A stretch of 64,000 nt of DNA from the NCBI GenBank assembly GCA_041660305.1, contig JBAZWO010000001.1, forward strand, positions 290,268 to 354,267. Reading direction: 5' to 3'. Below, piece after piece: positions 46,047 through 54,391 of this stretch (position 1 is its first letter; each line of letters starts with the position of its first letter). The stretch comes from Patescibacteria group bacterium. Its GTDB lineage: Bacteria; Patescibacteriota; Patescibacteriia; UBA9570. The notes beneath the pieces were generated by a model that saw only the letters and a program-made list of their open reading frames with translations, searched no databases and was not told the DNA's origin. Both the position numbers and the translations under genes were made by a program.

Positions 46047-46076
46047 TTGACAATTCTCCACAAAAACCAGTATAAT
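46047..46076 (+). promoter_or_regulatory. Sigma70 consensus promoter TTGACA-N18-TATAAT upstream of lemA
   Basis: TTGACA at 46047-46052, TATAAT at 46071-46076. Confidence 0.55.
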
Positions 46077-46125
46077 GAGCTTAGTAATTAGTTTTTAGTT
46101 ATAATAATTAACCGTAATAAACAAT

Positions 46126-46689
46126 ATGATTGGATTATATATAGTAATTGGCTTAATCGTTGTAATAGCCGCTTGGTTTATAGCTGTATACAACGGTTTA
46201 ATTCGCTTACGTAACCAGGTAGACGAAAGCTGGTCCGACATCGACGTGCAATTAAAACGCCGCCACGATTTGATTCCAAATTTGATAGAGAGCGTAAAAG
46301 GCTACATGAAACACGAACGTGAGTTATTGGAGAACATTACTAAAGCTCGTAGCCAAGCCATGACCGCGCAAGCTGGTGGTAATGCTACCGAATTAGCCAA
46401 GGCCGAAAATACCTTGGGTGGTTTGCTCGGTAACCTACGCGTAGCCTTTGAAGCTTACCCCGATTTGAAAGCTAATCAGAACATGTCTAAGTTAATGGAT
46501 GAATTATCGGATACGGAAAATAAAATTCAAGCTTCCCGCCGCTTTTACAACGGCATGGTACGCGATTTCAACACCAAATTACAGGTGTTTCCTACCAATA
46601 TGATTGGTAACATGCTTGGCTTTAAAGCCCGTAATTTCTTTGAACTGGAAGATGTTAGTGAACGAAAAAATGTGGAAGTGAAATTCTAA
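46126..46689 (+). CDS. lemA: LemA family protein
   Basis: 187 aa with an N-terminal TM helix and NGLIRLRNQVDESWSDIDVQLKRRHDLIPNL. Confidence 0.9.
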   Translation: MIGLYIVIGLIVVIAAWFIAVYNGLIRLRNQVDESWSDIDVQLKRRHDLIPNLIESVKGYMKHERELLENITKARSQAMTAQAGGNATELAKAENTLGGLLGNLRVAFEAYPDLKANQNMSKLMDELSDTENKIQASRRFYNGMVRDFNTKLQVFPTNMIGNMLGFKARNFFELEDVSERKNVEVKF

Positions 46690-47579
46690 TGAACATTTAT
46701 CAACAAATTGAATCCAACAAACGCCGCAGTGTTTTATTAGTAATACTGTTTATTGTGTTTATTATCGCCTTAGGCTACACGTTTGCGTATATTAATGATA
46801 GCCCGGGGTTATTGCTATTAGCGATACCAATTTCTATTATCATGTCGCTGACTAGTTATTATAGTGGTGATAAAATTGCCCTATGGAGTAGTGGCGCGCA
46901 AGGACCAATTAAAAAAGAAGCTAACCCTTATGTGTACCGCCTAGTAGAAAACTTGTGCATTACCGCCGGTCTGCCGATGCCAAAGATTTATCTTATTAAT
47001 GATAGTGCGCCAAATGCTTTTGCTACCGGCCGCGATCCACAACACGCCTCTATAGCCATGACTACCGGCATTATTCAGCTATTAGAAAATGAAGAACTAG
47101 AAGGTGTAATTGCCCATGAATTATCACATATTAAAAATTACGATATTCGCTTAATGATGATTGTAATTATTTGTGTAGGCATTGTAAGCCTGTTAGCGAA
47201 TTGGTTTTTACGCTTTAGTTTTTTCGGCCGCGGTGGTCGCCGTGATAAAAATGGCGCGGGATTAATTTTTATGTTAATTGGTGTTATACTAATGATACTG
47301 TCGCCGTTAATTGCCAAATTAATCCAGCTAGCGGTATCACGTAAGCGCGAATTCCTAGCTGATGCTTCCGCAGTATTATTAACCCGCTATCCAGCAGGCT
47401 TAGCTAAAGCGCTGGAAAAAATATCAGCCGCAGCTCAACCACTGCAACGCACCAATCCGGCCACCGCCCATTTATTTATTGCTAGCCCATTTGGCGCCAC
47501 CAAACATAGTTGGCGCAATTTATTTTCCACGCACCCACCTATTAGTGAGCGTGTGAAAGCCTTAAGATCTATTGCCTAA
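46689..47579 (+). CDS. htpX: HtpX-like M48 zinc metalloprotease
   Basis: 296 aa with HELSHIKNYD and four TM segments. Its start overlaps the lemA stop. Confidence 0.88.
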   Translation: MNIYQQIESNKRRSVLLVILFIVFIIALGYTFAYINDSPGLLLLAIPISIIMSLTSYYSGDKIALWSSGAQGPIKKEANPYVYRLVENLCITAGLPMPKIYLINDSAPNAFATGRDPQHASIAMTTGIIQLLENEELEGVIAHELSHIKNYDIRLMMIVIICVGIVSLLANWFLRFSFFGRGGRRDKNGAGLIFMLIGVILMILSPLIAKLIQLAVSRKREFLADASAVLLTRYPAGLAKALEKISAAAQPLQRTNPATAHLFIASPFGATKHSWRNLFSTHPPISERVKALRSIA

Positions 47580-47587
47580 TAAAAATT

Positions 47588-48394
47588 ATGCCTCGGACTA
47601 CCACCCACCAAACCATGTTGCCCTTTAGTACATTATTACGTAACGCTCTGTTGTTATTTGAAGAAAAAATCATGCTGTTTGTGGCAGTTACAGCTATACC
47701 ATTATTCGTGAGTTATGCTATTTATTGGTTATTACTAAATAAAATCATTAACACCTTAGCTACTGTTCATTCTGTAGAGCAACTGCAAGCCATGTTTTCT
47801 TTAAATAGTTCTACTACTTATTTAAGTAGCGCTGCTTTTTTAGTAATCGCTTTAATAAATATCTTTGGTTTAATAGCCAATCCAATTGTTGCCTCGTACA
47901 ATAAACATATCACTTGGAAAACCATTATTCCAGAATCCGCTAAATTCTTTTTTAGCTACATTGGTTTAACCATTTTAATTAGTTTAAGTTTGTTTGGCAT
48001 ATTAATAGTTAGTTATCTGGTTTGTACTATTATTGCTAGCATCTTTGGTTATATTAATCATAGTTATTTAAATACTGTGTTCTTTTTACTTATTCCATTA
48101 GTGCCAAATGTACTAGTGTTATTTAGTGGCATTTTCTTTGTGTTTGCGCCTTTTGCGTTAGTAACCAATCAAGCTGGCGCCTGGGCGGCTTTATTAACTA
48201 GTTGGCGCCTAGTAAAACAACATTTTTTTGGCATAGTGATACGTTTAGGATTAATATTAATAATACTAATATTACTTACTACGCTTTTGCAATTTATTCC
48301 CTTGGTTGGCTGGTCATTAGCTATTCTTATTAGCAATATTACTTTAACTGTATTCAATTATACCTTGTATTTGCATCTCACTACCAATGAATAA
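47588..48394 (+). CDS. Polytopic membrane protein, unknown function
   Basis: 268 aa with about 6 hydrophobic helices and no recognisable motif. Confidence 0.5.
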   Translation: MPRTTTHQTMLPFSTLLRNALLLFEEKIMLFVAVTAIPLFVSYAIYWLLLNKIINTLATVHSVEQLQAMFSLNSSTTYLSSAAFLVIALINIFGLIANPIVASYNKHITWKTIIPESAKFFFSYIGLTILISLSLFGILIVSYLVCTIIASIFGYINHSYLNTVFFLLIPLVPNVLVLFSGIFFVFAPFALVTNQAGAWAALLTSWRLVKQHFFGIVIRLGLILIILILLTTLLQFIPLVGWSLAILISNITLTVFNYTLYLHLTTNE

Positions 48395-50902
48395 ATGGCT
48401 TTAGATATTTTAAATAAATTTACCAATCATTTAAAAAACACGCTGGTAGAAGCAATTAATGTTTCCATTCGCTTAAAACATCCTCAAGTATTGCCAGTAC
48501 ATTTATTAATTGGTTTAAGCAAACAAACCGGCAGTATTGCCACAGAAATTATTAATCAACACAAGCTTACTACTAAAACTTTACAGCCTCATTTAGAACA
48601 CATGCGCTGGATTAACCAGCAACGCATGTATACCCTACCACAATTATCTGCTGAAGCAATTCGCATTCTAGAACACGCAGCTGTAATTGCCTTTGAATGT
48701 AAACACAAGTATGTTGGCACCGAACATCTGTTGTTAAGTTTATTAGATTTAGCTAATGACCAATTAACTCATATATTTAAAGCTCATCAGGTAAATTTAG
48801 AACAGATCCGTAAACAAATTATTAATATATTAAATAGTACTTCGCGGTTTCCGGATGTGGCTAATTTATTTCAAGAGGATGCTGAAGTGGTAGTAGAAAC
48901 TGCCACTGGAGAGCAGTTGTCTCCCCGCGCTGTTACTAATCTGGGCACACCGGCTTTAGATTTTTTCTGTGTTAATCTAACCGATGCTACCATTCAGAAA
49001 ACTATCGATCCAGTAATTGGCCGCTCGGCCGAAATTGAGCAATTAATTCATGTATTATCTCGGCGCACCAAAAATAACCCTGTACTATTAGGTGAGCCTG
49101 GCGTAGGCAAAACCGCTATTATTGAAGGCTTAGCCAAACAAATTTTACAAGGCAATGTACCGGCTATATTATTACGTAAAAAAATTTACCGCTTAGATTT
49201 AAGCTTAGTGGTAGCCGGCTCTATGTATCGTGGTGAATTTGAGGCTCGCTTTAAACAAATTATTGAAGAATTAAAAATTCATACCAATATTATTTTATTT
49301 ATTGATGAAATCCACACTATTATTGGTGCCGGCGGCTTAGGCGCCAATGCCATGGACGCGGCTAATATCTTAAAGCCTGGTTTAGCGCGCGGCGAAATTC
49401 GCTGCATTGGTGCTACTACTATTAATGAGTACCAAAAATACATTGAGTCCGATGCTGCGTTAGAGCGTAGGTTTAGACCAATTTACGTAACCGAACCAAG
49501 CAGTGCTGAAGCTATTACCGTACTGCAAGGTATTAAAAACAGCTACGAAAAATTTCATCGCGTAACTATTTCCAACGAAGCTATCACCGCAGCGGTTAAT
49601 TTTTCTACTCGTTACATTCAAGATAAATTTTTACCAGATAAAGCTATTGATTTAATCGATGAAGCGGCCGCTCGTTATAAAGTTACTACTCCTACTAACC
49701 CTTTAGAAAAAAACCTACTAGCTTTAGAACAACAACTAGAAACCATTCAAACCCAAAAATTAACTTTAGTAAAACAAGAAAAATTTGAGCAGGTGTTGGC
49801 TTTAAAAAAGCAAGAAAAACAGCTTAAAGACCAATTAGCCACTGTACATAATAAACTAACTGCTACCCAGCCGGTTGTACATGGTATTATTACCGCTTTA
49901 GATATTGCTCAAGTAATTGCGCAAAATACTGGCATTCCTCTGCCTGAATTGGTTACTCCAGAAAAAAAACGTTTACTTAATTTACAAACCGAATTAAATA
50001 AGCGCGTCATTGGCCAAACCGACGCTACTGCTCTAGTAGCTAAATTAATTCAACGTTCCCGCACTGGTTTAGCTAGGCCAAATCGCCCAATTGGTTCGTT
50101 TATGTTTTTAGGGCCCTCCGGCGTAGGAAAAACGGAACTAGCTAAAACACTGGCTAACCAAGTATTTGGCAGTGAAAAAAATATGTTGCGCCTAGACATG
50201 TCTGAATTTTCTGAAAGCTTTACCATCTCAAAATTAATTGGTGCGCCAGCCGGCTATGTTGGCTATAAAGACGGCGCCAAATTAACCGATCAAATTAAAC
50301 ATAAGCCCTATGCTTTGGTACTCTTTGATGAAATTGAAAAGGCTCATCCTGATGTTTTTAATATTTTATTACAAATATTAGATGAGGGTACTTTAACTGA
50401 TGCCGCTGGTAAAAAAATTAACTTTAAAAACACTATTATTGTCTTAACTTCCAATATCGGTTTACAACATTTTCAACAGCAGGCTGCTTTAGGCTTTCAA
50501 ACAAAAACCACCAACAAACTTACTAATGAAAAAATAACTAAACAAGTAACCAGTGAATTACATGATGTGTTTAAGCCAGAATTTTTAAATCGCATCGATA
50601 ATATAGTAATATTTAAACCACTCACAAAAACTAGTTTAATTAAAATAGTCACTTTACAACTTAACGAATTGTTTGCCCGAGCTAAAGACCAACATATTTA
50701 TTTAACCGCTACTCTAGCGTTACACCGCCACCTGGCTAATATTAGCTACACGCCAACTGAAGGAGCCCGCGCTATTCATCACCATATTCAAAACGATATT
50801 GAAAATGTCCTCGCCGAAAAAATCCTTAAAGATGAAATTAAATCTGGTGATAAAGTTACTATAGATTTTAAACAAGGGAAAATAGTGTTTACGAAAAAAT
50901 AA
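48395..50902 (+). CDS. clpC: Clp/Hsp100 AAA+ chaperone, ClpC-type
   Basis: 835 aa with Clp_N repeats, two Walker A motifs (GEPGVGKT, GPSGVGKT), a short UVR-like middle motif and an LGF tripeptide loop (ALGFQ) that suggests ClpP docking. Confidence 0.85.
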   Translation: MALDILNKFTNHLKNTLVEAINVSIRLKHPQVLPVHLLIGLSKQTGSIATEIINQHKLTTKTLQPHLEHMRWINQQRMYTLPQLSAEAIRILEHAAVIAFECKHKYVGTEHLLLSLLDLANDQLTHIFKAHQVNLEQIRKQIINILNSTSRFPDVANLFQEDAEVVVETATGEQLSPRAVTNLGTPALDFFCVNLTDATIQKTIDPVIGRSAEIEQLIHVLSRRTKNNPVLLGEPGVGKTAIIEGLAKQILQGNVPAILLRKKIYRLDLSLVVAGSMYRGEFEARFKQIIEELKIHTNIILFIDEIHTIIGAGGLGANAMDAANILKPGLARGEIRCIGATTINEYQKYIESDAALERRFRPIYVTEPSSAEAITVLQGIKNSYEKFHRVTISNEAITAAVNFSTRYIQDKFLPDKAIDLIDEAAARYKVTTPTNPLEKNLLALEQQLETIQTQKLTLVKQEKFEQVLALKKQEKQLKDQLATVHNKLTATQPVVHGIITALDIAQVIAQNTGIPLPELVTPEKKRLLNLQTELNKRVIGQTDATALVAKLIQRSRTGLARPNRPIGSFMFLGPSGVGKTELAKTLANQVFGSEKNMLRLDMSEFSESFTISKLIGAPAGYVGYKDGAKLTDQIKHKPYALVLFDEIEKAHPDVFNILLQILDEGTLTDAAGKKINFKNTIIVLTSNIGLQHFQQQAALGFQTKTTNKLTNEKITKQVTSELHDVFKPEFLNRIDNIVIFKPLTKTSLIKIVTLQLNELFARAKDQHIYLTATLALHRHLANISYTPTEGARAIHHHIQNDIENVLAEKILKDEIKSGDKVTIDFKQGKIVFTKK

Positions 50903-50905
50903 ATC

Positions 50906-51067
50906 CTACCTCACCTCCCGGCCTCCTCTCCTCTACCTTCCATCCCCGACCCTTCCCTCCTATAAAGAGGGAAGGGAGAATTACGAAATTATTCCCTCCT
51001 GCCTTAGAGGAAGGAGGGTTAGGGAGGAAGGTAGTTTTAAGGAGAAGGGGGCTAGGGGGAGAGGTAG
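50906..51067. repeat. GC-rich modular palindromic element, composite locus R10
   Basis: The 5' end matches the 5' end of R3 (CTACCTCACCTCCCGGCCTCCTCTCCT). The 3' half matches the 3' half of R4 (ATTATTCCCTCCTGCCTT.GAGGAAGGAGGGTTAGGGA...GAGGTAG). Confidence 0.85.
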
Positions 51068-51072
51068 GAAGT

Positions 51073-51101
51073 TTGCTAATCTAAAAAAGATTTGCTAAAA
51101 T
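51073..51101 (+). promoter_or_regulatory. Promoter candidate TTGCTA-N17-TAAAAT upstream of comF
   Basis: Hexamers at 51073-51078 and 51096-51101. TTTGCTAA occurs as a direct repeat. Confidence 0.35.
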
Positions 51102-51152
51102 AGCTTTAATTGAGCGCTCATTTTGTGATGGAAATGAAGCGTTTTTTTATTT

Positions 51153-51776
51153 ATGTTAAATTGGCTCTTAGATTGGATTTTTCCCGTCCGCTGTTTAGGC
51201 TGTAAACAGTGGGATGTTTGGTTATGTAAACACTGTTTAGCTACACTACAACCAAATAATCATTCTATACATTATCGCTTATTAAATATACCTGCTGGTA
51301 TTAAAAATCTTTACTATTTAAACCGTTACCAACACTCTTTATTACAGCTAGCTATTCATACTTTAAAATACGATGCCGTTTTTAAGCTAAGCGTACCCTT
51401 AGGTAATTTATTAGCCGAACTATTACCAAAAGACGCTTATTATGATTATGTTATACCTGTGCCAATTCATCCACAACGTTACCGTGAACGCGGCTTTAAC
51501 CAAAGCACGTTATTAGCCAAACAACTACCTTTTACATTAAATGAACAATTAAAACGTATCCGCTATACCACCGCGCAAGCTAATCTAAAGCGCGCTGAGC
51601 GTTTAACCAATATGAATCAGGCCTTTTATTATTACCCAACTATTCCTTTAATCAATAAAAAAATCTTATTAATAGATGATGTATATACTACTGGCACCAC
51701 CTTAAATACTTGCGCTAATATATTATACAAACACAACGCTAAGCAAGTAGATGGCTTGGTGTTAGCGCTAGACTAA
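51153..51776 (+). CDS. comF: ComF-family competence protein (phosphoribosyltransferase domain)
   Basis: 207 aa with the N-terminal Zn-ribbon CLGC...CKHC and the PRTase motif LLIDDVYTTGTT. Confidence 0.85.
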   Translation: MLNWLLDWIFPVRCLGCKQWDVWLCKHCLATLQPNNHSIHYRLLNIPAGIKNLYYLNRYQHSLLQLAIHTLKYDAVFKLSVPLGNLLAELLPKDAYYDYVIPVPIHPQRYRERGFNQSTLLAKQLPFTLNEQLKRIRYTTAQANLKRAERLTNMNQAFYYYPTIPLINKKILLIDDVYTTGTTLNTCANILYKHNAKQVDGLVLALD

Positions 51777-51807
51777 AACCAATAAATATATTACAATGTA
51801 ATTATCT

Positions 51808-52302
51808 ATGGCTGTTGGACATAATACAAAATATGGCAAGATTTTAGCTGAATGGCAAGTGCCAGAATATATTAAATATCAGCACTTTTTTGGCTGGTAT
51901 TTAGGCGCTGGCTTAATTGGCGGTTTTTTCTTTATTCACGCTTTAATTAATCGCAATTTTCTGTTTGTAATCATTATCGCTTTGATAGCTCTGATTTCTT
52001 ATTTGCATGAGCGTAATGAGCCAGCCTTAATTGAATTACTTATTACTGAAGATGGCCTAGTATTTGGTGAAAAATTTTATCCTTACCGAGAATTTACATC
52101 TTTTTGGATTGTTTATGAGCCACCTGACGTGAAAACACTTTACTTTACCAATAATAAAACCTTACGTTCAGAATTCCCAATTCACCTGGAAAATCAAAAT
52201 CCCATTACCATTCGTCAACTTTTGTTAAATTATTTACCAGAAGATATTGAAAAAGAAGAAGAGGCCATAGAAGAAAAACTTGGTCGCGCCTTCCGCATTT
52301 AG
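51808..52302 (+). CDS. Hypothetical membrane protein
   Basis: 164 aa with two TM helices followed by a soluble domain. No motif was recognised. Confidence 0.45.
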   Translation: MAVGHNTKYGKILAEWQVPEYIKYQHFFGWYLGAGLIGGFFFIHALINRNFLFVIIIALIALISYLHERNEPALIELLITEDGLVFGEKFYPYREFTSFWIVYEPPDVKTLYFTNNKTLRSEFPIHLENQNPITIRQLLLNYLPEDIEKEEEAIEEKLGRAFRI

Positions 52303-52367
52303 TTTATTAATTACTTGGGTTTACATAAAATACTTTATTTGCTAAGATAGCGCTGTTGTTTATGTTA

Positions 52368-52440
52368 GCCCTGGTAGCTCAGTGGATAGAGCATTCGGTT
52401 GCGGTCCGAAGGGTCGCAGGTTCGATTCCCGCCCAGGGCA
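52368..52440 (+). tRNA. tRNA-Arg (anticodon GCG)
   Basis: Hand-folded cloverleaf of 73 nt. The acceptor stem is GCCCTGG/CCAGGGC and the D arm is GCTC-AGTGGATA-GAGC, with A20. The anticodon arm is TTCGG-TTGCGGT-CCGAA with GCG at 52401-52403. The T arm is GCAGG-TTCGATT-CCCGC with one A-C mismatch. The discriminator is A. No CCA is encoded. Confidence 0.9.
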
Positions 52441-52448
52441 CATTTAAA

Positions 52449-52487
52449 ACGTAGAGACGCATTGCAAGGCGTCTCTACGTTTTTTTT
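52449..52487 (+). terminator. Intrinsic terminator after tRNA-Arg (member of the GTAGAGAC palindrome family)
   Basis: ACGTAGAGACGC-ATTGCAAG-GCGTCTCTACGT followed by T8. Confidence 0.8.
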
Positions 52488-52546
52488 AAATTTATGTTTT
52501 TTTGGTTGATTTTCGGTTACTTTTATAGTAAAATTACTATAATCTT

Positions 52547-52954
52547 ATGGACATTACTGTACAACAACAATTAGGCAGAACTTTGGCGGCACAGCGTCAA
52601 CAAGATCGCCAAACTTGGTTAGATAATGAGTTAAACGAAGACGCTGCTACCACTAAACCGCCGGCCTGGTTAATAAAACAACAAACTACTCAACAACAGT
52701 TAGCGCAACGTTTAACGAATCATTTTCAACAATTACTGCAACAATTGCCTGTGGTAGCTAATACAAATAACTTAGCTGCTAAACAAACATTTTTACGTAC
52801 CATTACAACTGAACTAGCTAAAATATATTATTTACGTTTGCGCATGGTAGAACTAAACGATCAATTAACTCCTGCAACCAAACAAGCTCGCTTACAGCAA
52901 CTAGCGCAAGACTGCCAACAGCAAGCTCAAACTATTATTAATTTATTAGGCTAA
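52547..52954 (+). CDS. Hypothetical Gln-rich protein
   Basis: 135 aa with Q/L/A-rich helical composition and no motif. Confidence 0.4.
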   Translation: MDITVQQQLGRTLAAQRQQDRQTWLDNELNEDAATTKPPAWLIKQQTTQQQLAQRLTNHFQQLLQQLPVVANTNNLAAKQTFLRTITTELAKIYYLRLRMVELNDQLTPATKQARLQQLAQDCQQQAQTIINLLG

Positions 52955-52963
52955 CTTCTACTT

Positions 52964-54391
52964 ATGGAACAACCTAATAATCCACTAGCCAATTCTGAAC
53001 AAACCAATCCAATTGTAGACCATCTGGAACAAGACATGGCTAATTTATTAAATAAAGATGGCTTGAATATTCGCTTGCCAAAAGCAGCCATGTTAAGCGT
53101 GCTTAAAAAAGCTTTAGGCCAGGTTAAGTTAACGCCAGAAAATATTACTAAATTAGAAAATGCTCACGTGCAACTAGCTGTTATTAATAAAATAGCCTTA
53201 GCTGATTTAGCTAATCGAGTGGCTAATGGCATGGGCGAATCATTAGATGAAGCGCCACCAGCTGGCGTAACCGAAGCCGTGCAGGCTTTGCCAAATCAAT
53301 TTAATTCTTTTGGCAACATGCCTGATAATCTACCAACCATGGCTATGCCTGCTACTTCAAGACCGCCTACAAATTTAGCTCACCAAACTCAACCAAGGCC
53401 AAGTAATGATATGGCTATGCCCGGCGAAGGCGTTGGTGATGATGAACCAACTCCTAATAAACCGGCTGCCGGCCAACAAGCAACCACACAACCAACTCAA
53501 CCAGCTAACGCCCCGGCCAATTTCCCCGGCTTAAACGCTCCGTCTGCTCAACCGGTAATGCCTACCGCGCAACCTGGCGCTGATAGCAGCTTCCCTTATC
53601 AAGGCACGCCTGAACAGCAAAAACAAGCCGAACCGCCTTTTGCTCAAAATGCATTAGCTAATCAAGACGCACAGCCTACTCCTCCACCAACTGCTGGATC
53701 ACCCACTCCAGCTGGTGCCACTAATACTCCACCTCCTGGTACTCCGCCACCGGCTGCCGGTGCACCTGGCACGCCTAATAATCAACCGGCCGGCGCCACT
53801 TCTAATGCCGCTAATCCTGCAACACAACCACAGGCCCAAACCGGCGGCCAACCTACTGCTGGAACAACCCCTAATAATAACACAGCTACTCAAAAAAAAA
53901 CCAAGCAAGTTGGCCCAATAGGTAACCTATTCAATCGTATACATAGACGCGGAAAAATAAATGCAGTCAATACAAAAATTAAGGATACACAAAATAAATT
54001 AAAAGATGTATCATTTCAGTTTGCTACAGAATACTTTGTTATTGTTTGTTTTAAAGAATTACTAGATTTTTTAATGACACTATTAGATGCTACCGGCTTC
54101 ATGATTATTATTTGCACGGCTATTAGTGCCGCCTGTGGCTCTGTAATCGGCTTAATTATTTGGTGGCAAACTAAAACTTGGAAAAAAGAAGTATTTAATA
54201 ATAAAATAGCGCTCCAAGCTATAGTAGCTTTTCTTTTAGAGTTAATTCCTATTATACAATTACTACCATTAAATATTGCTATGGCTTACGCCTTAACTAT
54301 TCAAACCGAACGGCGCAAAAAACATCATGAAAATAAATTAGACAAACTACAAAAAGAAAAACATAAGTTAATCAATCAGAAAAAAATATGA
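52964..54391 (+). CDS. Hypothetical Pro/Gln/Ala/Thr-rich protein with C-terminal TM helices
   Basis: 475 aa. A central roughly 200-aa low-complexity region is followed by 2-3 TM helices. The stop overlaps the recG start (ATGA). Confidence 0.45.
   Translation: MEQPNNPLANSEQTNPIVDHLEQDMANLLNKDGLNIRLPKAAMLSVLKKALGQVKLTPENITKLENAHVQLAVINKIALADLANRVANGMGESLDEAPPAGVTEAVQALPNQFNSFGNMPDNLPTMAMPATSRPPTNLAHQTQPRPSNDMAMPGEGVGDDEPTPNKPAAGQQATTQPTQPANAPANFPGLNAPSAQPVMPTAQPGADSSFPYQGTPEQQKQAEPPFAQNALANQDAQPTPPPTAGSPTPAGATNTPPPGTPPPAAGAPGTPNNQPAGATSNAANPATQPQAQTGGQPTAGTTPNNNTATQKKTKQVGPIGNLFNRIHRRGKINAVNTKIKDTQNKLKDVSFQFATEYFVIVCFKELLDFLMTLLDATGFMIIICTAISAACGSVIGLIIWWQTKTWKKEVFNNKIALQAIVAFLLELIPIIQLLPLNIAMAYALTIQTERRKKHHENKLDKLQKEKHKLINQKKI

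Noticed and set aside
53892-53900. In-frame A9 homopolymer as a phase-variation switch
   Set aside because: Homopolymeric A/T runs of 8-9 are common in this AT-rich sequence (for example T8 after the tRNA and A8/T8 at about 6801). A single sequence gives no evidence of length variation.
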